From assembly GCA_964543815.1 (NCBI GenBank), contig CAZIZG010000005.1, forward strand, positions 9,424 to 73,423: DNA of 64,000 nt. The letters run 5' to 3'. The DNA comes from an uncultured Bdellovibrionales bacterium (GTDB taxonomy: Bacteria > Patescibacteriota > Minisyncoccia > Moranbacterales > UBA1568). The notes below the pieces were generated by a model that searched no databases, was not told where the DNA came from, and saw nothing but the letters and a program-made list of their open reading frames with translations. How positions within the stretch are numbered: position 1 is the first letter of the stretch; each line of letters begins with the position of its first letter. Shown here one piece after another: positions 35,787-44,361 of the stretch. Position numbers and translations under genes: made by a program.

Positions 35787-37673
35787 ATGGGAATATTTGT
35801 CCGTAAAGGCATATTTTTACACAACAAAGGCGGTATTGAAATTGATGATGCCGTATTGACCATGACCGAGAAGGATGCTGTCAAAATGGAATGGCCGCTC
35901 AATCGTTCCCTTTCTCTTTGGTTCTTCTTTGTAATGGGGCTATTTCTTGCGGTATTGGGAGGCCGAGTTTTCTATCTCAGTATTATTAAGGGCGAGGAGT
36001 ATAGCTCCATAGCGCTTCGTAATAGTTTGCGGGCTATTATTATTCCGGCGCCTCGCGGCATTATGTATGATACGTTTGGTAAACCTCTGGTACAGAATAC
36101 CCCCAGTATGGATGCGGTCTTGATCCCAGCTGATATGCCAACTGATGGGGAGGCACTTAGCATGTTAAAGCGCTTGATAGCCGATACCTTTTCCCTTGAT
36201 GGAGCAGTTATAGATGATGTTTTTGACCGTATTGATCGGCGTTCGACCCTACCACTTCTTCTCAAGGAACGTATCAGTCAGGAAGAAACGCTTTTGTACC
36301 TGAGTCGCAGCCGAGATTTGGTTGGAATCAACTTGTATAAAACAACCAAACGTAATTACATCGACAGCCTTATTTTTTCCCATGTCTTGGGATACGAAGG
36401 AAAAGTACGTAAGGAAGAACTTGTCACACATCCGGATTATTTGTTTACCGACTCTATTGGAAAGCAGGGCATAGAGAAAAGTTATGAGGAGTATCTGCGA
36501 GGCAAACACGGTTTTGAGCGGGTCGAGGTAGATGCTTTTGGTAAGGTCAAAAAGGAACTTGGCATAGTAGAACCGACGCCAGGTCAGGATCTCATACTCA
36601 ACATCGATGCTGATTTACAGAAGAAGCTTTTTGATAGTTTACAAGCCCTCCTTGAAAAAAATGACTTGAAACGAGCAGCGGCTGTGGCGCTCGACCCCCG
36701 GAATGGGGCCGTGCGGGCACTGGTGAGTTTGCCGAGTTTTGATAATAATTTGTTTGCTTCTGGCATTTCAACTGAGGCCTATCGAGCGCTCGCATCAGAT
36801 CCAGCCGAGCCACTTTTTAATCGAGTAGTATCAGGAGAATATCCTCCCGGTTCAACTATTAAACCAGTACTTGCCAGTGCGGCCCTTGCTGAGGGAGTCA
36901 TTGATGAACGTACGCAGATAGAGAGTCGTGGCGGGATTAGCGTGGGCAAATTCTTTTTTGGTGATTGGAAGGTTCATGGCTTTACTGATATCAGGCGGGC
37001 CATTGCGGTCTCGAGCGACGTGTTCTTTTATTCGGTAGGAGGTGGATATGGCAATACGCTCGGACTGGGTATGGATCGAATGAAGAAATACGAAGAATTA
37101 TTTGGATATGGATCCAAAACAGGAATTGATCTTGGTGGTGAAGCCAGTGGTCTTATCCCGGATTCGGCCTGGAAACTCAAGAAAATTGGCGAGCGATGGT
37201 ATGTCGGCGATGACTATCATGCGGCTATTGGTCAGGGTTTTGTCACCGCGACACCACTTCAGATTCTCAACTCTATCGCGGCTATTGCCAATGGAGGAAC
37301 GTTATATACACCACGTATCGTTGGTCAGATTCGTTCGTTTGATGGTAAAGTGACAGTGCTGCCACCAAAGATACTTCGTGCGGGTTTCATTGATTCAGAT
37401 ATTCTTCGTATCGTACGAGAGGGTATGCGTGAGACAGTGACAGAAGGGACGGCTCAGCCGCTTCGCGACCTTCCAGTAGCAGTGGCTGGCAAGACGGGAA
37501 CAGCTCAGTTTGGGACCGGAAAAAATACTCACGGTTGGTTTGTTTCTTTTGCGCCGTTTGAGGCACCAGAACTTTCTATGATTGTCCTAGTGGAGGGACA
37601 AGGTGAAGAGGGCTACAATGCGGTACCGGTAACCAAAGATGTCTATGAGTGGTACTTTACGCGGAATAAATAG
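35787..37673 (+). CDS. mrdA: Penicillin-binding protein 2 (elongation transpeptidase)
   Basis: N-terminal TM, PBP dimerisation domain, transpeptidase motifs STIKP, SSD and KTGTAQ. Start chosen at ATG 35787, just after the mreD stop. Confidence 0.85.
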   Translation: MGIFVRKGIFLHNKGGIEIDDAVLTMTEKDAVKMEWPLNRSLSLWFFFVMGLFLAVLGGRVFYLSIIKGEEYSSIALRNSLRAIIIPAPRGIMYDTFGKPLVQNTPSMDAVLIPADMPTDGEALSMLKRLIADTFSLDGAVIDDVFDRIDRRSTLPLLLKERISQEETLLYLSRSRDLVGINLYKTTKRNYIDSLIFSHVLGYEGKVRKEELVTHPDYLFTDSIGKQGIEKSYEEYLRGKHGFERVEVDAFGKVKKELGIVEPTPGQDLILNIDADLQKKLFDSLQALLEKNDLKRAAAVALDPRNGAVRALVSLPSFDNNLFASGISTEAYRALASDPAEPLFNRVVSGEYPPGSTIKPVLASAALAEGVIDERTQIESRGGISVGKFFFGDWKVHGFTDIRRAIAVSSDVFFYSVGGGYGNTLGLGMDRMKKYEELFGYGSKTGIDLGGEASGLIPDSAWKLKKIGERWYVGDDYHAAIGQGFVTATPLQILNSIAAIANGGTLYTPRIVGQIRSFDGKVTVLPPKILRAGFIDSDILRIVREGMRETVTEGTAQPLRDLPVAVAGKTGTAQFGTGKNTHGWFVSFAPFEAPELSMIVLVEGQGEEGYNAVPVTKDVYEWYFTRNK

Positions 37674-37705
37674 CATATTAATGGCTTTATAAAGCCATTA
37701 ATATG
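37674..37705. repeat. 32-bp perfect palindrome (CATATTAATGGCTTTATAAAGCCATTAATATG) abutting the greA promoter
   Basis: Perfect 15-bp arms with no downstream T-run; it ends 4 nt before the -35 TTGACA of the greA promoter. Confidence 0.55.
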
Positions 37706-37709
37706 AGCA

Positions 37710-37737
37710 TTGACAATCTTTAGAATTTTGGTAGTAT
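37710..37737 (+). promoter_or_regulatory. Sigma70-type promoter for greA
   Basis: TTGACA, 16-nt spacer, TAGTAT. Confidence 0.55.
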
Positions 37738-37805
37738 TGAGGAACTCTTAAACCAATTTTTCTTCTTTCCTTGGGGAGGAAGTTTTCTTTTGTAATAGCA
37801 CTATC

Positions 37806-38261
37806 ATGGCAAAAATTTTTACCGAGGAGGGTCTCAAAAAACTGAACGCTGAGCTCGAAGAGCGCAAGACGAAAATTCGTCATGAGATAGCGGAGGCCAT
37901 CAAGGAGGCCAAGGAGCAAGGTGATCTCTCTGAAAATGCCGAGTACTCAGAGGCCAAGCACAATCAAAACGAGAATGAATCTCGCATTGCTGAACTCGAA
38001 GGGATGCTCAAGGATTCTGTGGTGGCTGAGAAGCATAAAGGCACTTCAACAGTAGGAATGGGATCGAAACTAACGGTCAAAGTTCATGGTAAAGAGTTTC
38101 ATTTTGAAATTGTCGGTTCGAACGAAGTTGACCCATCCGCCGGTAAGATTTCCAATGAATCTCCGCTTGGCCAGGCTTTCTTGGGTAAAGGGAAGGGCGA
38201 CAAAGTTGAGGTGACTACTCCGGCTGCCACCGTCAAGTACGAAATTCTTTCTGTAAACTAA
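37806..38261 (+). CDS. greA: Transcription elongation factor GreA
   Basis: 151 aa with an N-terminal coiled coil carrying conserved acidic tip residues and a C-terminal FKBP-like domain. Confidence 0.9.
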   Translation: MAKIFTEEGLKKLNAELEERKTKIRHEIAEAIKEAKEQGDLSENAEYSEAKHNQNENESRIAELEGMLKDSVVAEKHKGTSTVGMGSKLTVKVHGKEFHFEIVGSNEVDPSAGKISNESPLGQAFLGKGKGDKVEVTTPAATVKYEILSVN

Positions 38262-38279
38262 CTCTTCCGTTGGAATCCT

Positions 38280-38319
38280 GACGTCTCACCGATTTCACTG
38301 GTGAGACGTCTTGCTTTTT
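38280..38319 (+). terminator. Rho-independent terminator after greA
   Basis: GACGTCTCACC / GGTGAGACGTC stem, 9-nt loop, then TTGCTTTTTG. Confidence 0.7.
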
Positions 38320-38347
38320 GCTTTAGAGGAGGCTACAATGGGTCCAT

Positions 38348-39805
38348 ATGCGTGAAGATATTCTCTCAACTAAACTCGAGAAACTCGAGAAGATTACTAC
38401 GGCCTGCGGGACCGCTTATCCTGATACGGTGACACGAACCCATACCAATAGTGAAGTACTCGAACAGTTCGAAGCACTGAGTGGTACTGATATTCAGGTT
38501 TCCGTCGTCGGGCGAATTAAATCCCTACGTGTGATGGGAAAAATCGCCTTTTGCCATTTAGAAGATGGAACCGGAAAAATGCAGGCATTTTTTTCGTTGG
38601 AAGGATCGGGCGAGGAATCGTTTCAGCTATTTAAAAGCGTAGTTGATCTCGGTGACTTCATTGGTGTAACCGGAACTGTTTTTCTTACCAAGCAGAATGA
38701 AAAGAGTGTCCGCGTGGAACGCTGGCAGATGCTCACAAAGTCGCTTCGCCCAATCCCGACAGAATTTTACGGGTTGAAGGACGAAGAGGAGCTGCTCCGT
38801 CGTCGCTATCTCGATCTTCTTATGAATGAGGAGACGCGGGAGCTTTTTGTAAAAAAGAATGCTTTCTGGCAGACAGTACGACGAGTGCTCTCTGAAAAAC
38901 AGTTTCTTGAGGTTCAGACACCGGTACTTGAACATATTCCTGGTGGCGCTGAAGCGGAGCCGTTTATCACTCACCATAATGCGCTCGATCAGGATTTTTA
39001 CCTTCGTATCTCGCTTGAACTAGCGCTGAAGCGTCTCCTCGTTGGAGGCTATGAGCGGGTGTTTGAAATTGGTCGAGTGTTTCGTAACGAGGGAATCGAT
39101 CGGGAACACTTGCAGGAGTTTGATCACATGGAGTTCTACGCTGCCTATATGAATATGGAGCAGGGCATGGAGCTCGTGGAGCGCCTCTACAAGGATATCG
39201 TCCGAGCTGTGGTTGGAGACCGTATGATGACAGAGCATGAGGGTGAGACAATCAATTGGGACGTTACTTTTCCGCGCGTAGATTATTTTATCGAGTTTCA
39301 GAAAGAAACCGGTATCGATTTGGCTGGTGAAGTGAGTGTTACGGATTTACAGAAGAAGGCTGACGAACTTCATATCAAGTACGAAAAGAACTATGGCAAG
39401 GGCCGTATGATTGATACCCTGTATAAAAAAACAGTTCGTCAGAAACTCATTCAGCCGTGTTTTCTCGTCGGTCATCCGATTGAGGTGTCGCCACTCGCTA
39501 AAACTGACCCGAAGAATCCGCGTCGGACGCTCCGGTTTCAGCCTATCGCCGGACGAAGTGAGCTCGGAAATGGCTTTGCAGAATTGAATGACGCCATCGA
39601 TCAGCGAGCTCGTTTTGAGGAGCAGATGAAACTACGTGATGCCGGAGATAAAGAAGGAATGATGCTTGATGAAGACTTCATTCAGGCGCTTGAATACGGT
39701 ATGCCACCAGCTTGTGGGTTTGGAATGAGCGAACGACTGTTTGCTATCCTTATGAATCGCTCGATTCGAGAAACCGTTATCTTCCCTCCACTTAAGACGA
39801 AATAG
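38348..39805 (+). CDS. lysS: Lysine--tRNA ligase (class II)
   Basis: 485 aa with an N-terminal OB domain; class II motifs FRNEGID, EFDHMEFY and GFGMSERL. Confidence 0.9.
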   Translation: MREDILSTKLEKLEKITTACGTAYPDTVTRTHTNSEVLEQFEALSGTDIQVSVVGRIKSLRVMGKIAFCHLEDGTGKMQAFFSLEGSGEESFQLFKSVVDLGDFIGVTGTVFLTKQNEKSVRVERWQMLTKSLRPIPTEFYGLKDEEELLRRRYLDLLMNEETRELFVKKNAFWQTVRRVLSEKQFLEVQTPVLEHIPGGAEAEPFITHHNALDQDFYLRISLELALKRLLVGGYERVFEIGRVFRNEGIDREHLQEFDHMEFYAAYMNMEQGMELVERLYKDIVRAVVGDRMMTEHEGETINWDVTFPRVDYFIEFQKETGIDLAGEVSVTDLQKKADELHIKYEKNYGKGRMIDTLYKKTVRQKLIQPCFLVGHPIEVSPLAKTDPKNPRRTLRFQPIAGRSELGNGFAELNDAIDQRARFEEQMKLRDAGDKEGMMLDEDFIQALEYGMPPACGFGMSERLFAILMNRSIRETVIFPPLKTK

Positions 39806-39807
39806 GT

Positions 39808-40239
39808 ATGCACCCCTCTATTGTTTTTGCTCTGTGCGTTGCTGTGGTCGCTTCCCTTTATCAAGTGTTTCAACGTCAAGCTTCGGGTGTGAATCCCTAC
39901 ATCGTCGGTATTATGGTCAGTGCCGTGGCTATCATGTTTGGTATCGTGGCTATGCTTTCTGGGGGGAAGATAAGTGCTGATGATATCACGCAGGCCAAAT
40001 CAACCTGGATTTTTCTCGTACTGATTGGATTGTGTGCCTTTGGTATCGATTTCTTTACCTCCAAGGCGTACACTGCCGGCGGCAGCGTTTCGGTTATTGG
40101 GCCGATCATCATCTGTGGTGTGGTGCTACTCACGGCTATTTTTGGAGCCATCTTTTTTAAGGAGCCATTGACCCTGCTCAGGGGATTTGGGATTGCCCTT
40201 ATGATTGGCGGGATGTTTCTTGTCTCTGGCAACAGATGA
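39808..40239 (+). CDS. Small DMT/EamA-like half-transporter membrane protein
   Basis: 143 aa, 4-5 TMs, C-terminal GFGIALMIGGMFLVS; start 3 nt after the lysS stop. Confidence 0.5.
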   Translation: MHPSIVFALCVAVVASLYQVFQRQASGVNPYIVGIMVSAVAIMFGIVAMLSGGKISADDITQAKSTWIFLVLIGLCAFGIDFFTSKAYTAGGSVSVIGPIIICGVVLLTAIFGAIFFKEPLTLLRGFGIALMIGGMFLVSGNR

Positions 40240-40264
40240 TGGTAGCGTAGGTGAGAGACGTTTC

Positions 40265-40338
40265 GGATGATTAGCTCAGTTGGTTAGAGCACAGCATTCA
40301 CATTGCTGGGGTCACTGGTTCGAATCCAGTATCATCCA
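40265..40338 (+). tRNA. tRNA-Val (anticodon CAC)
   Basis: Manual cloverleaf fold: acceptor GGATGAT/ATCATCC, D-arm GCTC/GAGC, anticodon stem CAGCA/TGCTG with loop TTCACAT, T-arm ACTGG/CCAGT with loop TTCGAAT, discriminator A; CCA not encoded. Confidence 0.8.
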
Positions 40339-40360
40339 CTCAAATATTACCAGTTTTCTT

Positions 40361-41683
40361 ATGCTCGATATCCAATTTATCCGCAGTAACGTCGAGGCTG
40401 TCAAAGCAGCGGTGACTGCTAAAAACCTTTCTCTTGATGTTGATGCCTTGCTTGCTAAGGATCAGGAGCGCATTGCTCTCCTTCAGGAAATCGAAGAATT
40501 GAAGTCGCTTAAAAATGATATTAACGACCTGATTCAAAATGCGAAGACACCCGAGGAACGATCCGAGGTGATTGAAAAGGGAAAAGAAATCAAACAGAAG
40601 ACTGAGGAGAAAGAACCGTTGTTTGCTAAGGTCAAAGCAGAGTTCGATGGACTCATGGCTCAGGTGCCTAATATCATTTCTCCTGATACTCCGATTGGCA
40701 AAAGTGATGCGGAGAATGTTGAGATTGGGAAGTATGGTGAGATTGCCTCATTTGATTTCACGCCACGTACTCATATCGAGCTGGGTCAGATGCTTGATAT
40801 TCTTGATTTGGAACGAGGCACTAAAGTGTCGGGGTATCGGGGGTACTATTTGAAAAATGAAGGCACGCTCCTCGTCATGGGGCTCATGATGTATGCAGTA
40901 CAGAAGATGGTACAGAAGGGATTCTCACCCATGATTCCGCCGACCCTGGTCAAAAGCTTTCCGCTCTTTGGGAGTGGCTACTTTAAGGGTTTGGAATACG
41001 ATGGAGGCATTGATGAAATTTATCAGGTGGCTACTTCTGACAAGGAAGCGGACGGGAGTCTCTCAAAAGAATCAAAATTTTTGGTTGGAACGGCCGAACC
41101 ATCGCTCCTTGCCTATTATTCAGGTGAGGTGCTCGATGGGGCGACATTACCGTTGCGGTTGGCTGGGTATAGTCAGTGTTATCGCAGTGAAATTGGGAGT
41201 TATGGTAAGGACACCAAGGGTATGTATCGGGTCCATGAGTTTATGAAGGTAGAACAGGTGGTACTCTGTCCAGCTGATATCACACTCGCCAACCAATTGC
41301 AGGATGAGATGATTGCTGTCTCAGAAGAGATGCACCGAGAACTTGGGCTTCCATATCGTAAGATTCAGATTTGTAGTGGTGATATGAGCGCCGGTAAGTA
41401 CCGCGCCTTTGACCTTGAGGCTTGGATGCCGGGCATGAATCGCTACGGTGAAACAGGATCGGCCAGTAACTTTCTCGATTGGCAGGCGCGTCGTCTCAAC
41501 GTTAAGTATAAAGATGACAATGGCGAGAAGAAACATGTCTATATGCTCAACAATACAGCCCTCCCGAGCCCACGTATTTTTATAGCCATCCTTGAAAACT
41601 ACCAGCAGACTGATGGCTCAGTGGTGGTACCGGAGGTACTTCGGCCATTCGTTGGGAAAGATATCATTCGACCAAAGGTGTAG
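40361..41683 (+). CDS. serS: Serine--tRNA ligase
   Basis: N-terminal coiled-coil arm; class II motifs including YSQCYRSEIGSYGKDTKGMYRVHEF and GETGSASN. The start was moved to ATG 40361 because the ORF-track start overlaps tRNA-Val. Confidence 0.9.
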   Translation: MLDIQFIRSNVEAVKAAVTAKNLSLDVDALLAKDQERIALLQEIEELKSLKNDINDLIQNAKTPEERSEVIEKGKEIKQKTEEKEPLFAKVKAEFDGLMAQVPNIISPDTPIGKSDAENVEIGKYGEIASFDFTPRTHIELGQMLDILDLERGTKVSGYRGYYLKNEGTLLVMGLMMYAVQKMVQKGFSPMIPPTLVKSFPLFGSGYFKGLEYDGGIDEIYQVATSDKEADGSLSKESKFLVGTAEPSLLAYYSGEVLDGATLPLRLAGYSQCYRSEIGSYGKDTKGMYRVHEFMKVEQVVLCPADITLANQLQDEMIAVSEEMHRELGLPYRKIQICSGDMSAGKYRAFDLEAWMPGMNRYGETGSASNFLDWQARRLNVKYKDDNGEKKHVYMLNNTALPSPRIFIAILENYQQTDGSVVVPEVLRPFVGKDIIRPKV

Positions 41684-41712
41684 TCAGTGGTTGGGAAGTG
41701 ACAAAAAGAAAG

Positions 41713-41750
41713 ACGGGCCGCTCGCGTGTTTGCGAGGGCCCGTTTTGTTG
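41713..41750. terminator. GC-rich hairpin terminator between convergent serS and the minus-strand gene
   Basis: ACGGGCCGCTCGC / GCGAGGGCCCGT imperfect stem followed by TTTTGTTG. Confidence 0.55.
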
Positions 41751-41763
41751 ACGAAAAGTGTAT

Positions 41764-42225
41764 TTAGAGACGCAGAAGCTCTTCAGCGTAGCTTAGAACA
41801 CCGTTGAATGTTTCTGGGTCGTTCATGTGACCGAGTATTCGGCCCTCTTGTCGCATGGTGTTGGCCCCGGGGATGTAGAGCGCCCGATGCTGAACGGGGA
41901 AGTAGTGGCAGAATCGATCAAAGTCCGCTAAGCTGCCAACAACGCCATCGCTGGCGCGATCCCCACTTCTATTCAAGTACGAGGGATTGTCCGAGAAGAT
42001 GAGGTGTCGCCTCTGGCCGATGCTGTACCCAATCACGTGGGTGTGGATTCTCTCGGGGGGACCGCGTCGCGTACCGTTGTTATAGAGGCGAAAGATGTCC
42101 TCCATGTGTCGCGCCGGGATCACGATGACGGTTCCATTGTTTCGGTCGTAGTACCACAGACTCTTCGGAATGAAGAGCCAGATATACAAGCGCCAAACCA
42201 TTTGTTTGAAAAGGTTCATGTCCAC
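41764..42225 (-). CDS. Hypothetical protein, moderately GC-rich with SD, adjacent to tRNA-Lys
   Basis: 153-aa ORF with AAGGAG upstream of the ATG; GC and codon usage are elevated relative to serS; no recognisable motif. Confidence 0.45.
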   Translation of the reverse strand: MDMNLFKQMVWRLYIWLFIPKSLWYYDRNNGTVIVIPARHMEDIFRLYNNGTRRGPPERIHTHVIGYSIGQRRHLIFSDNPSYLNRSGDRASDGVVGSLADFDRFCHYFPVQHRALYIPGANTMRQEGRILGHMNDPETFNGVLSYAEELLRL

Positions 42226-42342
42226 GATACACTCCTTGCCTGCCTCGCACCAGTCTCTTCTCAGTGCACCTGTTGCTAGAGATAGAGTAGAATTGAGGAC
42301 TTATTAGCGTTTGTATATAATCACAGAATTTGTTTTTTGTCA

Positions 42343-42367
42343 ATAATAAAAACTCCCAAATGGGAGT
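42343..42367 (-). terminator. Rho-independent terminator for tRNA-Lys
   Basis: On the minus strand: ACTCCC-ATTT-GGGAGT hairpin followed by TTTTATTATT, starting 13 nt after the tRNA 3' end. Confidence 0.6.
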
Positions 42368-42380
42368 CTTATCTCATTAG

Positions 42381-42453
42381 TGGGTGCGGGGGGAATCGAA
42401 CCCTCGACCGTTGGCTTAAAAGGCCACTGCTCTACCGACTGAGCTACGCACCC
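42381..42453 (-). tRNA. tRNA-Lys (anticodon UUU)
   Basis: Manual fold of the reverse complement: acceptor GGGTGCG/CGCACCC, D-arm GCTC/GAGC, anticodon loop CTTTTAA, T-loop TTCGATT. The T-stem GAGGG/CCCCC has one A-C mismatch; CCA not encoded. Confidence 0.75.
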
Positions 42454-42474
42454 GATTTGGATATAACAGTGTGT

Positions 42475-42503
42475 AGTCTAATGAATTTCTTCATATTCGT
42501 CAA
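42475..42503 (-). promoter_or_regulatory. Sigma70-type promoter driving tRNA-Lys
   Basis: Minus-strand TTGACG, 17-nt spacer, TAGACT, placing the TSS about 15 nt upstream of the tRNA 5' end. Confidence 0.6.
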
Positions 42504-42574
42504 TCTCACTGACCTATCATTTCTTTTCTGTGACTAGCCTTTCTGTTATACTGAGGAGGAAATTACATATCAAT

Positions 42575-43762
42575 ATGGTCAAAAAAATACTGCTGCTTGC
42601 AGGGCTTTCGGTGATGTTATCTGGGTGTACGATTCAACTTCCGATTCCAGTAACGGGTCCAGATTCTGCCTTGACTGGCAATACGATAAAAAAGGGAAGT
42701 CTCTGGAAGACGAGTGACTCTGGTCAATCTTTTGAATTGAAATCGACCATTGATGAAAAAACAAGTATTACCAAAGCAGATATTCTTTCTGTCGCTTTTC
42801 ATCCCAAGACGCCTGGGACGATATATGTCAGCTCGATAGAGAATGGTATTTTTAAAACCGAGAATGGAGGGGAACAGTGGATGCCAATTGCGTTTCCGCC
42901 AAAGAAAATATACAGCTTTATCCTCGACAAAAATAATCCCGATACTCGTATGTTCGCATCGGGCGTAGTGGGGGATTGGGGTAAAATTTTTCGGACTGAT
43001 GATGGTGGAGAGAAATGGGACCCGGTGTACACAGAGCCTGGTCAGCAGGTGCCAGTGACAGCCCTTTCGCAACATCCGGCGGATATGAATGTTATCTTTG
43101 CTGGAACCTATACGGGAACTGTTATTAAAAGTGTCGATAGTGGAGATACTTGGAAAAATGTAGGTAGCAAGATCGATGGTATCGTGGCGGATATAGTTTT
43201 TGACGCCAAAAAACAATTTGTCACATATCTCCTTACTTTCAATCAGAAAGTATATTATTCTCCGGATGGCGGGGTGTCATGGATTGACTGGGAGGAAGAG
43301 AAGCAGAAAGAGGTGACTGCCCTTCAAAAGGAAGCGAGCGATGTGGCAGCCCGCGGAGATGCTAAGAGGGCAGAAGTATTACTTAAGTCAGCCCAAGCGT
43401 TGATGGAGCGTAATCAGAAAGATAAGATGCCGCCGAATATTGTATCTGTGGCAGCTGACCCTGTGGAGACCGGTGTTTTGTATGCCGGAACAAATGCCGG
43501 TATTTTCAGGAGTCCCGATTATGGAAAATACTGGTATGAACTCAATATCATTGAAAGTGCTAAAAAATTCCCCATTCGATCAATAGCTATCAGTCCAGGG
43601 GATTCAAATGAGATTGTTTTTGTTTCAGGGAAGGCTTTTTATAGATCAACTGATAAGGGCGCGACTTGGTCAGTGACCGGATTAGAGGTTGATAGGAATG
43701 CTTCTTTTGTTTCTTATGATCCCTTTGACACTAAGTCGCTGTTTGTTGGGCTTCGGAAGTAA
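42575..43762 (+). CDS. BNR/Asp-box repeat beta-propeller lipoprotein (sialidase-fold, non-catalytic or glycan-binding)
   Basis: Lipobox LSGC and seven S-x-D-x-G-x-x-W Asp-box repeats (SDSGQSF, TENGGEQW, TDDGGEKW, SVDSGDTW, SPDGGVSW, SPDYGKYW, STDKGATW). Confidence 0.7.
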   Translation: MVKKILLLAGLSVMLSGCTIQLPIPVTGPDSALTGNTIKKGSLWKTSDSGQSFELKSTIDEKTSITKADILSVAFHPKTPGTIYVSSIENGIFKTENGGEQWMPIAFPPKKIYSFILDKNNPDTRMFASGVVGDWGKIFRTDDGGEKWDPVYTEPGQQVPVTALSQHPADMNVIFAGTYTGTVIKSVDSGDTWKNVGSKIDGIVADIVFDAKKQFVTYLLTFNQKVYYSPDGGVSWIDWEEEKQKEVTALQKEASDVAARGDAKRAEVLLKSAQALMERNQKDKMPPNIVSVAADPVETGVLYAGTNAGIFRSPDYGKYWYELNIIESAKKFPIRSIAISPGDSNEIVFVSGKAFYRSTDKGATWSVTGLEVDRNASFVSYDPFDTKSLFVGLRK

Positions 43763-43793
43763 TAAACTATACTCGTAAAACCGTTTAACCTCT

Positions 43794-44351
43794 ATGGTCA
43801 AGGAACTGATACAGGACAAGAAGGAAAATTTTGATAGTGCTGTTGTGCACTTCAGTGAAGAAGCCGCCAAGATTCGTACCGGTCGAGCTCATCCGGGGTT
43901 AGTGGAGAATCTTTCGGTTGACTACTACGGTACCCGTACGCCGCTTCGTCAAATTGCGAGTATCAGTATTCCGGAAGCTCGTCAGATTCTCATTTCACCT
44001 TGGGATAAAGGGAGTCTGGTGCTGATTGAGGCGGCTATCCGAGAGTCAGATTTGGGATTAGCTCCCGGCAATGATGGTGTGGCACTTCGGATTACGCTTC
44101 CGGCACTAACGGAGGAAACTCGCAAGAACCTGGTCAAGACGCTTAATCAGAAGGCTGAGGAGGCCCGGATTGCGGTCCGCAACATTCGTGAAGAAATTTG
44201 GAAGGATATCCAGGACTTTGAAAAGTCCGGCGACATTTCTGAAGATGATAAGTTTGCTGGTAAAGAAGAATTGCAGAAAGTGGTTGATGAGTATAACCAA
44301 AAACTAGAAGTGTTGCGCAAGAAAAAAGAAGAAGAGGTAATGACTGTTTAA
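43794..44351 (+). CDS. frr: Ribosome recycling factor
   Basis: 185 aa with the typical RRF three-helix bundle and conserved region (PRLLG-like RTGRAHPGLVENLSVDYYG). Confidence 0.9.
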   Translation: MVKELIQDKKENFDSAVVHFSEEAAKIRTGRAHPGLVENLSVDYYGTRTPLRQIASISIPEARQILISPWDKGSLVLIEAAIRESDLGLAPGNDGVALRITLPALTEETRKNLVKTLNQKAEEARIAVRNIREEIWKDIQDFEKSGDISEDDKFAGKEELQKVVDEYNQKLEVLRKKKEEEVMTV

Positions 44352-44361
44352 TATTGAAACT

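Noticed and set aside
40280-40360. ORF-track N-terminal extension of serS
   Set aside because: The extension overlaps tRNA-Val (40265-40338). The conserved SerRS N-terminus begins at ATG 40361.
42226-42342. Possible small ncRNA between the orphan gene and tRNA-Lys
   Set aside because: The segment is AT-rich with only the tRNA terminator hairpin. There is no convincing independent promoter, terminator or structure.
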